Assembly: GCF_001949145.1 (NCBI RefSeq)
Contig: NW_019091401.1
Span: 62,001-124,000, forward strand
Source: Acanthaster planci
Lineage: Eukaryota
Direction: 5' to 3'
Length of the DNA: 62,000 bases
Each line of letters starts with the position of its first letter. The first letter of the stretch is position 1. This document shows, piece after piece, positions 12,901-21,559 of the stretch. The notes under the pieces are model-generated. The model searched no databases and had not been told where the DNA came from. It saw only the letters and a list, made by a program, of their open reading frames with translations. A program made the position numbers and the translations under genes.

Positions 12901-15897
12901 TGGTGATGTAATTAAGGGCCCCTCAGAAGTACACAGGTCCTGTAGCTCAGAAAGTTGAAGAAACCTACAGAGAGAAAAATAACGAACATATCTTTAGTTT
13001 CAGAGATGGCATATAAAGTGCAGATCAGTCATTTATCAGAACAACATATGAAAAGAATACTTACGTTTTGTTTAAATGATTCGATTGTTTCCTTTGAATC
13101 TTTGAGGGGAAGCATTCATTCCGTTTGTCTTTTCCTTATCATCAGGGGTATTGTACGAGAGGAAGATGATAACTTAAATAATTTCATAAATGGGAGGTGA
13201 GTCAAGATGTTCCTTTCACATCTCTGTCATTTCTGGGCAAGTTCGAGCGACAGCTATGAGGTGCAACCAATTTGGTCCCAAAGAATGGATGGTTTGGACC
13301 ATCTGTAGTTGAGCATGGAACCCGGCCCGGGGGCATGCTTGCATCACTGGTTTTCAGTTGCCAAAAATGTTTCCGTACATGGAGAACCATTCACATGAAA
13401 ATAAATGTACAATGCTGTGAGAGTTGCAGCCAACAGCAGGAAGCGAGTGACTTTGAGACTTTACAATATGGTTCCACAGGGGCGGTCCAAACATGGCTGT
13501 AAAACAATTGGCTGGTGGTCAAACTTCATAGTTCGCGCCCAACTTGCCCTTTATTTGCCTTGTTGCAAATCTGCTCTGAATGACTCATTCATTTACTATG
13601 ACTACAGTTGAACAGACTACTGTGTCAAAGAGAAGTGTAGCAATATTTCCGTTCAGTTTTCTAACGGCACATACCCAAAACGAATTGCATCCAAGGTCAT
13701 CCAGGAACAGCAGTGCATGCATACGAGGTCTGCCCTATTAACACGGCCATACATTGAATCAAACACTTACTTTGTTCTCAAATGACCTTGCCTTGTTGAA
13801 ATACTGAACTGGCTTGTGATAAAGCTACATGAGAACCACTGATATTTGCAATGACTGCCTTGTATTAACCACTTGCCAGAGTTTCTGGTACCGAACACGT
13901 ATTCTTTATACACATGGCCGGGGTTTCCGAAATCAGACAAAAGGAACTAGACCTTATAGCAAAAGAGAGTACTCGTAATAAAAGACAAGGCTGCTGGGCA
14001 TTACCAACATTTTTTCACTCTCAATAGTGGAGATAGTCCAGCCTTGTTTTGAAAAGGTTTTGAGGATTTAGCGCGAGCATATTACCACCGGGACAAAAGC
14101 ACTCCACCACCGCAGTGATGAGCCACACAGTACCACTGCACGGCAATCTGGCCCCGGTTGAAAAGAGGTCAGCAGCAGCTCATGAATAAAATTTAACTGT
14201 CGTTTATAGCCGCATCAAGTTATTTTTAGGCACTACTCTAAGCTGACAGGCGACCTTCATTGACGCCCGAGTATTTCAGCCAGGCCAGCAGCCTTGTAAA
14301 CAGAGCCCAGATTGTGTGGTGTTGCATAACTGTCTTTTGTCACNNNNNNNNNNNNNNNNNNNNNNNNNNNNNNNNNNNNNNNNNNNNNNNNNNNNNNNNN
14401 NNNNNNNNNNNNNNNNNNNNNNNNNNNNNNNNNNNNNNNNNNNNNNNNNNNNNNNNNNNNNNNNNNNNNNNNNNNNNNNNNNNNNNNNNNNNNNNNNNNN
14501 NNNNNNNNNNNNNNNNNNNNNNNNNNNNNNNNNNNNNNNNNNNNNNNNNNNNNNNNNNNNNNNNNNNNNNNNNNNNNNNNNNNNNNNNNNNNNNNNNNNN
14601 NNNNNNNNNNNNNNNNNNNNNNNNNNNNNNNNNNNNNNNNNNNNNNNNNNNNNNNNTATTAAGTTGTGGATATGAAAAATATTTGCCTTTCACAATACTG
14701 CTTTGGATACATTCATTGAGACAGTTGCACTAATATTCTTGTACATTCCTAGTGAAATGTGTGGCCACACTGCAGCGGAGCAATATGCAAGACTCACATC
14801 GAGTTTGCCTCAGTATTTGATGGTGTAGTGTTACAAATGCCTTTTAGTAAATACAGTTTACTTTATGCCCTCTGTATCCAGGATTGAAGCAGACATACAA
14901 GGTCAAGATGGTCACATCTACAAAGGCCGCATAGGACCCGACGACCTGGAGAGATTGCCCACAATAGCACCGCAAAAGGTGGGAGCCAACCTAATCGCTG
15001 TGTTTGTGATCAGTCGAGGACGCTCATTATGCCAAGCTGCATAGAACTTATTGCTGATTGATCATTTTGTGAATGAGCTTTAGACGTCTCCCTTCTTAAG
15101 TGCTCGAGACCAGCTGTTGGGGCAGAAACAAAATGGCTGCAACTTACCCATACAGTGAAGCCAGCGTTGATGGCCCAAAAGGACTTCACAATACCATGCC
15201 TAACAAAGCATTCTCCTCGGTGCACTACTTGTCACCTTCTGCGTCAAGTCTATCAACATCTTGCATGTGGTTGATCTGCAATTAATCATCCATCCTCTCA
15301 TTTCATGTGCATACCACATTAACACAAATGCATTTAGAAGCCTCAGTAAATAATAAAATCACTTGTAAAAGGAATTCCAACTTCCATAGATGACCAAAAA
15401 CAGGTTAAAGCTGTTTTGTCAATGCCACCCAGAACAACATTAATGTGGCAATATCTGAAAAGCGATGTGGACTTTTATCCCATGATGCATTGCTGGTAAA
15501 GAGGGTTCCTTTTGCTAGAGGTATGTTTTATACAGTTTGGCTTACTGGTGAATTTCTGTTACTCTCTCACCACACAACACAGCTATCATCTGCAAGGCTG
15601 TCTCGTCCAGGTAGCTCCCGCCAGGACAATCGCCGCGACAATGAGCTCTCCAAGTCCACTCCGGAGCGCCAGGTATCCAGACCAACCTCTGGTCGCCCAC
15701 AATCCCGCCTCCAGACTCAGCGCTCGACCAGCACCCGCCCCCAAAGTGGGAGGTCAATGGCATCACCTCCACCGCCGCCTAACCCAACCGAGGCTGGCCC
15801 GCGACCCTCAACCCCATCCAACACAATAGAGGTCACAGGAGGTCAGGAGTCTAACAAGAGTGTTGTCGCAGAGTACCAGCCAGTCGAGGCCCAGTAG
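891..15897 (+). CDS. QRICH2/C16orf96-like DUF4795 coiled-coil protein, multi-exon gene, 5' end upstream of the window
   Basis: Joined exons: 891-995, 1582-1677, 2220-2363, 2858-2908, 3632-3778, 4101-4238, 5081-5251, 5951-6118, 6978-7100, 7441-7515, 8214-8324, 9337-9515, 9905-9967, 10451-10552, 11063-11236, 11739-11891, 12720-12824, 13146-13196, 14882-14978, 15583-15897(TAG). All are GT-AG with matching phases. Family motifs: KADK..KADK, KLDRMELDPLK, DDAAGFRKKLLQKFNCISCDRP, RPYTTFELEQIR, RSCGGSHTMTYP, GQDGHIYKGR. Confidence 0.88.
1582..1677 (+). CDS. DUF4795 gene exon (ISANEDRINERLL...QKIM)
   Basis: tttttcag acceptor, ATG|gtaatt donor, phase 0/0. Confidence 0.8.
2220..2363 (+). CDS. DUF4795 gene exon (NDLNNRM...VTWPAMEDAL...MTE)
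   Basis: Polypyrimidine tract plus cag, GAA|gtaagc donor, phase 0/0. Confidence 0.85.
2858..2908 (+). CDS. DUF4795 gene exon (TTQVQTVPTTSSYSQTR)
   Basis: ttccag acceptor, AGG|gtaagt donor, 51 nt, phase 0/0. Confidence 0.7.
3632..3778 (+). CDS. DUF4795 gene exon (TPSPGPRSNP...RVKILE)
   Basis: GC-rich open frame, GAG|gtaagt donor, phase 0/0. Confidence 0.8.
4101..4238 (+). CDS. DUF4795 gene exon (ELMNGKVD...EGRDK)
   Basis: caacag acceptor, AAG|gtaaga donor, coiled-coil composition. Confidence 0.85.
5081..5251 (+). CDS. DUF4795 gene exon, possibly alternative (MDQLDSWIRE...SAAR)
   Basis: Strong pyrimidine tract plus cag, CGG|gttagt donor, phase 0/0. Confidence 0.7.
5951..6118 (+). CDS. DUF4795 gene exon, possibly alternative (LDSMHSQFQDQL...SMRM)
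   Basis: caccag acceptor. The donor ATG|gtagtc is weak, and an alternative in-frame donor follows 6184 (TTG|gtaggc). Confidence 0.6.
6978..7100 (+). CDS. DUF4795 gene exon (DGEIMTNMQ...QKHID)
   Basis: ctgccag acceptor, GAT|gtgagt donor, phase 0/0. Confidence 0.88.
7441..7515 (+). CDS. DUF4795 gene exon (ALYTFVDRLQENKADKEHVIMEIDV)
   Basis: tttttag acceptor, GTT|gtaagt donor, KADK motif. Confidence 0.9.
8214..8324 (+). CDS. DUF4795 gene exon (KADKRALENKVS...LSGH)
   Basis: ttcatag acceptor, CAC|gtaggt donor, second KADK motif. Confidence 0.9.
8738..9068 (+). mobile_element. ~310-bp tRNA-containing repeat unit bounded by 20-nt direct repeats
   Basis: cattcaaactagtcagtcag (8738-8757) and cattcaaactacgcagtcag (9049-9068), 18/20 identical, flank the pseudo-tRNA. 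Confidence 0.55.
8951..9023 (+). pseudogene. tRNA-like cloverleaf (pseudo-tRNA, nominal anticodon GGT) inside a repeat unit
   Basis: Acceptor GGCTGGA/TCCAGTC, D-arm GCTC/GAGC, A box TAGCTCAGTTGG, B box GGTTCAAATCC. It has C33 instead of U33, a T-T pair in the anticodon stem and 2 mismatches in the T stem. Confidence 0.75.
9337..9515 (+). CDS. DUF4795 gene exon (RSAWEEAV...KLDRMELDPLK...DAAGFRK)
   Basis: atgcag acceptor, AA|gtgagc donor, phase 0/2. Confidence 0.9.
9905..9967 (+). CDS. DUF4795 gene exon (KLLQKFNCISCDRPLDMTPQP)
   Basis: ttgacag acceptor, CC|gtaagt donor, CISCDRP signature. Confidence 0.92.
10451..10552 (+). CDS. DUF4795 gene exon (PLASLP...RPYTTFELEQIRAAQK)
   Basis: gttcag acceptor, AA|gtgagt donor, phase 2/2. 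Confidence 0.9.
11063..11236 (+). CDS. Putative cassette exon of DUF4795 gene (ARPGKNVLHYENAL...DKQ)
   Basis: caccag acceptor, AG|gttatt donor, 174 nt, phase 2/2, GC-rich codon-like sequence. Confidence 0.6.
11739..11891 (+). CDS. Putative cassette exon of DUF4795 gene (MMNPTTPEVEY...PSTP)
   Basis: 153 nt open frame, phase 2/2, AG|gtaaat donor. The acceptor (taaaaaag) is weak. Confidence 0.45.
12720..12824 (+). CDS. DUF4795 gene exon (GNVEVPDY...RSCGGSHTMTYPHRR)
   Basis: ttttcag acceptor, AC|gtaagt donor, conserved CGGSHT motif. Confidence 0.92.
13146..13196 (+). CDS. DUF4795 gene exon (GIVREEDDNLNNFINGR)
   Basis: catcag acceptor, AG|gtgagt donor, 51 nt, phase 2/2. Confidence 0.75.
13869..14343. 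mobile_element. Related piggyBac-type MITE copy, rearranged and running into the gap
   Basis: TTAA-ccacttgcc start. 13869-14105 resembles the reverse complement of the right part of 25784-26315, while 14245-14343 matches 25935-26035 directly. Confidence 0.6.
14344..14656. other. Assembly gap
   Basis: N run. Confidence 1.
14882..14978 (+). CDS. DUF4795 gene exon (IEADIQGQDGHIYKGR...PQK)
   Basis: atccag acceptor, AAG|gtggga donor, GxDGHIYKGR motif. Confidence 0.9.
15583..15897 (+). CDS. DUF4795 gene terminal coding exon (S/P/R-rich tail ending PVEAQ*)
   Basis: aacacag acceptor, in frame with ORF 15445-15897, TAG stop. Confidence 0.82.
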   Translation, partial: LSSARLSRPGSSRQDNRRDNELSKSTPERQVSRPTSGRPQSRLQTQRSTSTRPQSGRSMASPPPPPNPTEAGPRPSTPSNTIEVTGGQESNKSVVAEYQPVEAQ

Positions 15898-17272
15898 AAT
15901 AAGTCGTGGCGGTGTTACATTTTAGTTGTGAAGTGTATGTCTTTCAATATGCATGCAATGAGTGAATTTGTGATTGGTGAGTTTGATTTTTATACCATCT
16001 CAGAATATATTGGGGGGAATTCACTTGTATGTGACTGCTAATTGCCATGTATATCCACAGACTGAAAGCAGCATTTCTGTGTTTCCTAGTGCCGAGTGAT
16101 TTTTGTTGAACTCTGCCAAAAATTGCTTTAATTAATCACTTGAAAATCTCAGGTTGGTTTACTGTTTCTTTTTTCTATCCGTAAAAGTGAAAGCGTCCTT
16201 TATGAAATGTGTCAGTTTATACCCTTCAGACACTGCACACAGTTGAAAGAATTCTTTTCTTTTGCCATATTGACATTTTCCCTTGTTTTAGCAACTCCAA
16301 GGCCTTATTTTAATAGTTGGTAATGGTATTGTTCAATGTTGAAAGTTTGAATGGTAGGTGTATATGTTTGTTTACTGCAAGCATCTATGTATGACATTAC
16401 ATAGCACCAAGTTACCTTGTGCTTTTAATAAGAAAATAAATTAATCTCCATGGAAAATGTTCATGGATTGTTTTTAGCACATAGAATGACCCCATCAATG
16501 AGCTCCAACAAAATTTGTGAAGTAGAATTCTTGTAATCATTTAATACAGGTAGTTCAGGATAGGATTTTATAAATTGGATTTGATGTGTGTGTGATGACT
16601 GCCTGACTTTTTGCCTGTAATTGTGGTGAAATGCTACAAAGGGTGGTCTAAGCATGGGTTACCTGATATCAATTGGATCACTTGACGTATTTGTTACAAA
16701 AAGATTTTTGGTGTAAAACTATTTAAACAGGGTTGTGAAACATTCGCAATTTGAGTTTTTAGCTTCTAGTCCTTTTTGATGCGCACATTTAATCACAAAA
16801 TTTAGGCTATTTCCCTTACACTCTTGCAGTTCAAATCATAATTCAAAATTTAAAATTCTTTTCTTATTATGCTTTTTTTTACTTCAGAGAAAAATTGATA
16901 GATGTAAAATTTTAGGCCATAATCAAATGGCATTGTAGGTCCTATTGCATATCTATATATGAAACTCCTTTGAATTTGCTATTTAGAAATCATAATTCAT
17001 AATCACATTTAAATTAAGAAAATTATTAAATCAACAGAGTAAAATTAAACTCCCAAAGCTGATCTGACATGTAGAACTGGGGATTGGGGATATTTAAAGA
17101 AAATTGAAGTGAAACAAAAACAACAAATTAAATGAAGTCTTAAAAAGTTAGTAAAATTTTTATAAGAAATTAAAAATACAATTATTCAAAGGTGCTTCAG
17201 CTTATTTTCAAAATAAAATTGTAGTGCACTCATGAGGACATTTATGTAGTAGTGAAATAAATGGCCGTACAC

Positions 17273-17414
17273 AGGGATGCCATTTTTCAGGCAATAACCT
17301 GATTTTGGCATTCTCACTTGAGGTTTTTGGCCAATTTCAGGCCTTAACAAGGTGTAGTGAGGCTTCTCTTGGCCTTCATTTCAGGCTCTGGACAAGAATC
17401 TGCCTGGCATCCCT
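17273..17414. mobile_element. Short MITE
   Basis: 10-nt TIRs agggatgcca / tggcatccct. Confidence 0.4.
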
Positions 17415-17695
17415 TTGTAGGAAATGTGCTCTTTAATAACGCAAAATGTAGCTGCATCATACCAAAAACTTACAGTGTCTTCACAACAAGGTCTTAGATC
17501 TGTGCATTATTTTATTTTGGTGTTCTATATTTCTTAACTTCTGTGTAACCATTGACTTTGTAAATTTGTCCCAAAGAATGAGAGATTTATTATCAACCTT
17601 ATTGTGTACATTTCTGAATCTGTATAGCACATGCAGTTCCTGTACATAAATCATTTGCATGTTTATTTATGCATTCCTGAAAGCACATTGATTTT

Positions 17696-17701
17696 AATAA
17701 A
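17696..17701 (+). promoter_or_regulatory. Candidate polyadenylation signal of the DUF4795 gene
   Basis: AATAAA followed about 20 nt later by a GU/U-rich tract (gtgtgttcatatgtttatgt). Other AATAAA hexamers exist upstream, e.g. near 16435. Confidence 0.4.
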
Positions 17702-18355
17702 CAAAAGCAAAACTGAACTGAGTGTGTTCATATGTTTATGTATTAACTTTGGATCCTGTCAAGAAAGAAGTCTCCTTTGTCCCAGCCGTGACATCCCATT
17801 GGGCTGACACACATGTATGGTGTACATGTACTGGTTCAGACTTATTTGGTCTCTATACATAACACGAGGGGGCTTGTTTTATTTATGGCAATGATTTCCC
17901 TTCGGCCACCACACCGTGTGTGTACGCAGGCAGGCCTTTGCTGGCCCTGCATTGACAGACAATTTCTTTTGTTAGGAAATTCAGGATTGAGTTACGGGAA
18001 CATAACAACTTAGTCCCCACAGTGACAGCACGTATTGTTCAATGTGCGAGTCGTGCTGGCATGCATGTTAGTGCGCATTTAGCGTGCAGCAAGTATGGCC
18101 AATTTACATTGGTATGCACAGAGTCGGCCTGGGTGCTGGGCATCCACTTGAAACAGTCCCCCTCCAGCTTTTCTCTTCATTGCCCATGAGGGAGTATTTG
18201 TGCACAGAGCAGTAGCCATCTTTCATGACTGCTGACACGTGCTGAGAGGTTAACGTGCATAAAAACCATGAATCTGTGCTGTTTTAAGAATGGTATTATC
18301 AAATGTATATCTTATTGAATATTATTAAGGTGAACAGGGAAAGTAAACACTGATT

Positions 18356-18852
18356 GAGAAATGGATTTGTGGGTACACCATGGAATCTGGCATCTGGCGC
18401 CCACTACAAGCACCCAAGCAGACATCCACTCCCGGGCAGTAGGGTCCCCTGTACCCAACACCCATGTCTCCCACCCCAGGCGTAAGAGTCTTCTCTACCC
18501 GAAGCCACCCCCGTCCCCCCTGGCACAAGGGTCCCCTATACCCAAACCCAAGGTTTCCCCGTCAATTCCAGGATCCAACACCTTCACGCAACAACGCACA
18601 AACCAAACAAATCACACGACCCGCAAATCCCATTCCACGCTCCACCCCTTCCTGATTACCTTTATAACCTGTTATCCACTCCAATCCGGCACACTCTCCT
18701 GAGGAAGGCCAGAGCACACTGGCCGAAACATTGAGTTAACACTCACCGGTTCTTTTAAGGACCACACCTCCCCCAAAAGAGATTGATTCCATGGTGTACC
18801 CGAAAACCCATTTCTCATGTCTCTTCCACCATGCAAAGCTTCAAATCTCACT
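18356..18852 (+). mobile_element. Non-autonomous Penelope-like (pLTR-type) insertion with inverted tail and TSD
   Basis: 33-nt inverted repeat 18355-18387 / 18785-18817 (30/33). Flanking direct repeat taaacac(t/a)gatt at 18344-18355 and 18853-18864. Internal hammerhead core. Confidence 0.7.
18696..18735 (+). ncRNA. Minimal type I hammerhead ribozyme motif, probably decayed
   Basis: ctc-CTGAGGA-a-GGCCAG(agcaca)CTGGCC-GAAA-c-att-gag: conserved core, perfect 6-bp stem II, 3-bp stem I, degenerate stem III and cleavage site. Confidence 0.7.
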
Positions 18853-21469
18853 TAAACACAGATTATTAACATTAAAAAAAATTGCTCAACGGTTGACTTT
18901 AAAACACATTATGTAAATACACATACCTGGGTAAGAGTGCTGTGACAAAGTGTCATTTGAATACCTTCATTTGAATTCCTGTCTGAGTTAAAAAGAAAAA
19001 AAGATAGTACTGAGGAAAGTCTGTGCTTGACAACATCCTCCAACACAGAACCATCTTGGCCATCAAGGTGTTAGAGACAAGAACAAAGTGGGAGATACCC
19101 TGCTCGTATCTAGCCTGATGGACGTTCAACGGTTTGTGTCACAAGGTCAGCACCATTTGTCACAAGTACATGTATAGTTACAAGTTTGTGTGGGTCTCAT
19201 AAAAAAGGATTAAAAATAGGGTTTTAAGAAGTATGTCCATCTTCTGACAAGCAACACAATTCCTATTTCAAAGTGAGTACTTTACTATTTATGCAGAGTT
19301 CAGATTTTCATATTTTTTCAGATTTTCATATTTGCAATCATCCACTTTTAAAACTTGATCCAGGTCACAACTTGTTGCCAATGTATGGTTTTTTAAGTCG
19401 GATCAATGTTTCTTTTTTTTTTCCTCTCCTTTTTCTCTTTATTTTTTTCTTTTTCTTTTTCTTGTTTTTCGATTTTGACTATACCACATTTCCATTAGAA
19501 TTCAGAATCAGTGTACAAAGTTTGGTTTGGCCTGAATTTTTTCCTGACTTCTCAGTCGCATTCCTGCAATATAAAGTTATACAGAAAGTGACTGAAGAAT
19601 TTGCAAAATACATCGACAAACAAGTGACACAACACTTTCTAAATTAACTAGACAGTTTAATAAAATGTTTCTGTATGGTACACACGAAGCATTCTTAACG
19701 CCTTACATCTATTTTACACTATGTCACAATAAAATTTAAACTCTGAAAGATTTCTGGATAAAATGTATACAGAAAGATCATAAATACAAATTTTTGCAGG
19801 TTCAAATACGTATAGAGGTTTTTCTTTTACAAAGGGAAAATACATTTTTTCCATTTACCTATAATCCTAGAAATATCCTTATTGACAGATTATTTTTCTT
19901 GGTGACATTACTCAGAAACAAATGCTAGGAAACTGTTACAGCAAAAGTCGCTGGGCAATGGTTGCTGGGCAACACCCACCAGTTCACCATCAAAGTGATT
20001 GCGTCTTCCGTATCACTGCCTTAAAACAATGACTGCAATCAAGCAACTCAGGTTTTTCTGGGCCAATTTTCTCCCATCATTTAGATATCTGGGGTATTTT
20101 GATACATGTACTTGTACAAATGACAAATATATCCATGTTCATGTGAGCAGGCACCAACAAAGCACATTATCACCACTGCTGAGTGGCTATAAATACAAAC
20201 ATCACGCAGCAAAACTATCTGCTTCTGTACGCTCGTTATAGTGACCAGATGAGCTTACATGCTAGGTGTGAAGCCTTGTCGATAGTGAAGTCAGGTGACC
20301 CGGGTTACTTTGATGGCGAACGGTGTTTACCCCTACATGATTTGCATAGTACAACTATGTGCAGTGCACCTCATTCCTACTGCACACAAACAACTTTCTG
20401 ACAATCAATACAATTATTTGCTGGTTTCATAATGTACATCAACGTCAAGAGCCCATTTGCGTGGCAAATTTGAATTACTTCTGGTAGGTATTCTGGTTAG
20501 TTCACACTATAAAAACACTTCACGCACAACACTTCCCAAGTTTAGCAGCCGTTAACATTATATCACATGAATCCAGGTCAGCTCATTCACAGAAATTGTG
20601 TTCGGGATGCCTGACAACAACAGAGTAGTTTAAAGTGGGGGAGAACAGCACAAAGACATCCGACCATTCTTGCCATAAAACCAAACATGGATTGAAGGAA
20701 TAGTAGAGACATCAAACTTCCTTTTGTCTGACTAATGTGAATTATTTACATATTATTGGTGCAAAACAATCCCTGCTTTCCTTTCTCATTATTGTACAAC
20801 AAATTTCAGTTCACTGCTTAGGGCCTTTGGTCTGCATACTGACTTCACACCCACTTGATAAATTCAGGCTTTCATGCTTTCGCTACGCCCACTGGAATCA
20901 TGTGATACAGCAACAGCGCATTAAGACTGGGGACTCATGTGGCACATTACACATAAAAGCTTGAGACACTAAAACCGATTCAAATGAATCTCGCAAATGG
21001 CTTCTTTGTGTGCTTCATCTACAGGAATACGTCCATTTCCAAACTCTCAAAAAGACATTCTTCAGGTAAGCAAAATAGCCATCAAATATAATTCATGAAC
21101 TTAAAGGTTTCTTGACCATGCAAGGACATAACCACTGGGGTTAAAAAATATACCAGAACATGGTCACCTGCCCTGTAAATTATGAATCTCATGGAAAAGT
21201 AGACTCAGATTCAAGTAGCATCCACAAATGGCCAGGGCACAGCTTTTTGTAAATCACAGACTTCTCCAGGATATTTTTGTTGCATTGTTCTGAATGTATT
21301 CTATCCAATATTGTTGATTAAAGCTTACAGGGCCAAATCACAGACGTAAGACAATTAGTTTTTTAATTGTCAATCATACTGAAACAGGATGACAGCATCA
21401 AAAACAAAAAGATTTCATTAGGCAATAAACATTTGTGAAGCAGTATTCTTCTCTCCATTTACCTTCACG

Positions 21470-21540
21470 GCCAGGTTCGAATCCCACCCTGGTTGACATG
21501 TAGATTGGGTTTTCTGTCCATACCTGATTCAATGTGCTTC
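21470..21540 (+). mobile_element. tRNA-derived SINE fragment
   Basis: Perfect B box GGTTCGAATCC at 21474-21484, no cloverleaf. Confidence 0.4.
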
Positions 21541-21559
21541 ACTGTACATCTATGAAGAT

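Noticed and set aside
14260..14733. Long ORFs across N runs (also 38875-39747 and 60263-60463)
   Set aside because: Artefacts of translating assembly gaps.
18361..18702. 113-aa Pro-rich ORF as a protein-coding gene
   Set aside because: Low-complexity C-rich body of the Penelope-like insertion with no recognisable domain.
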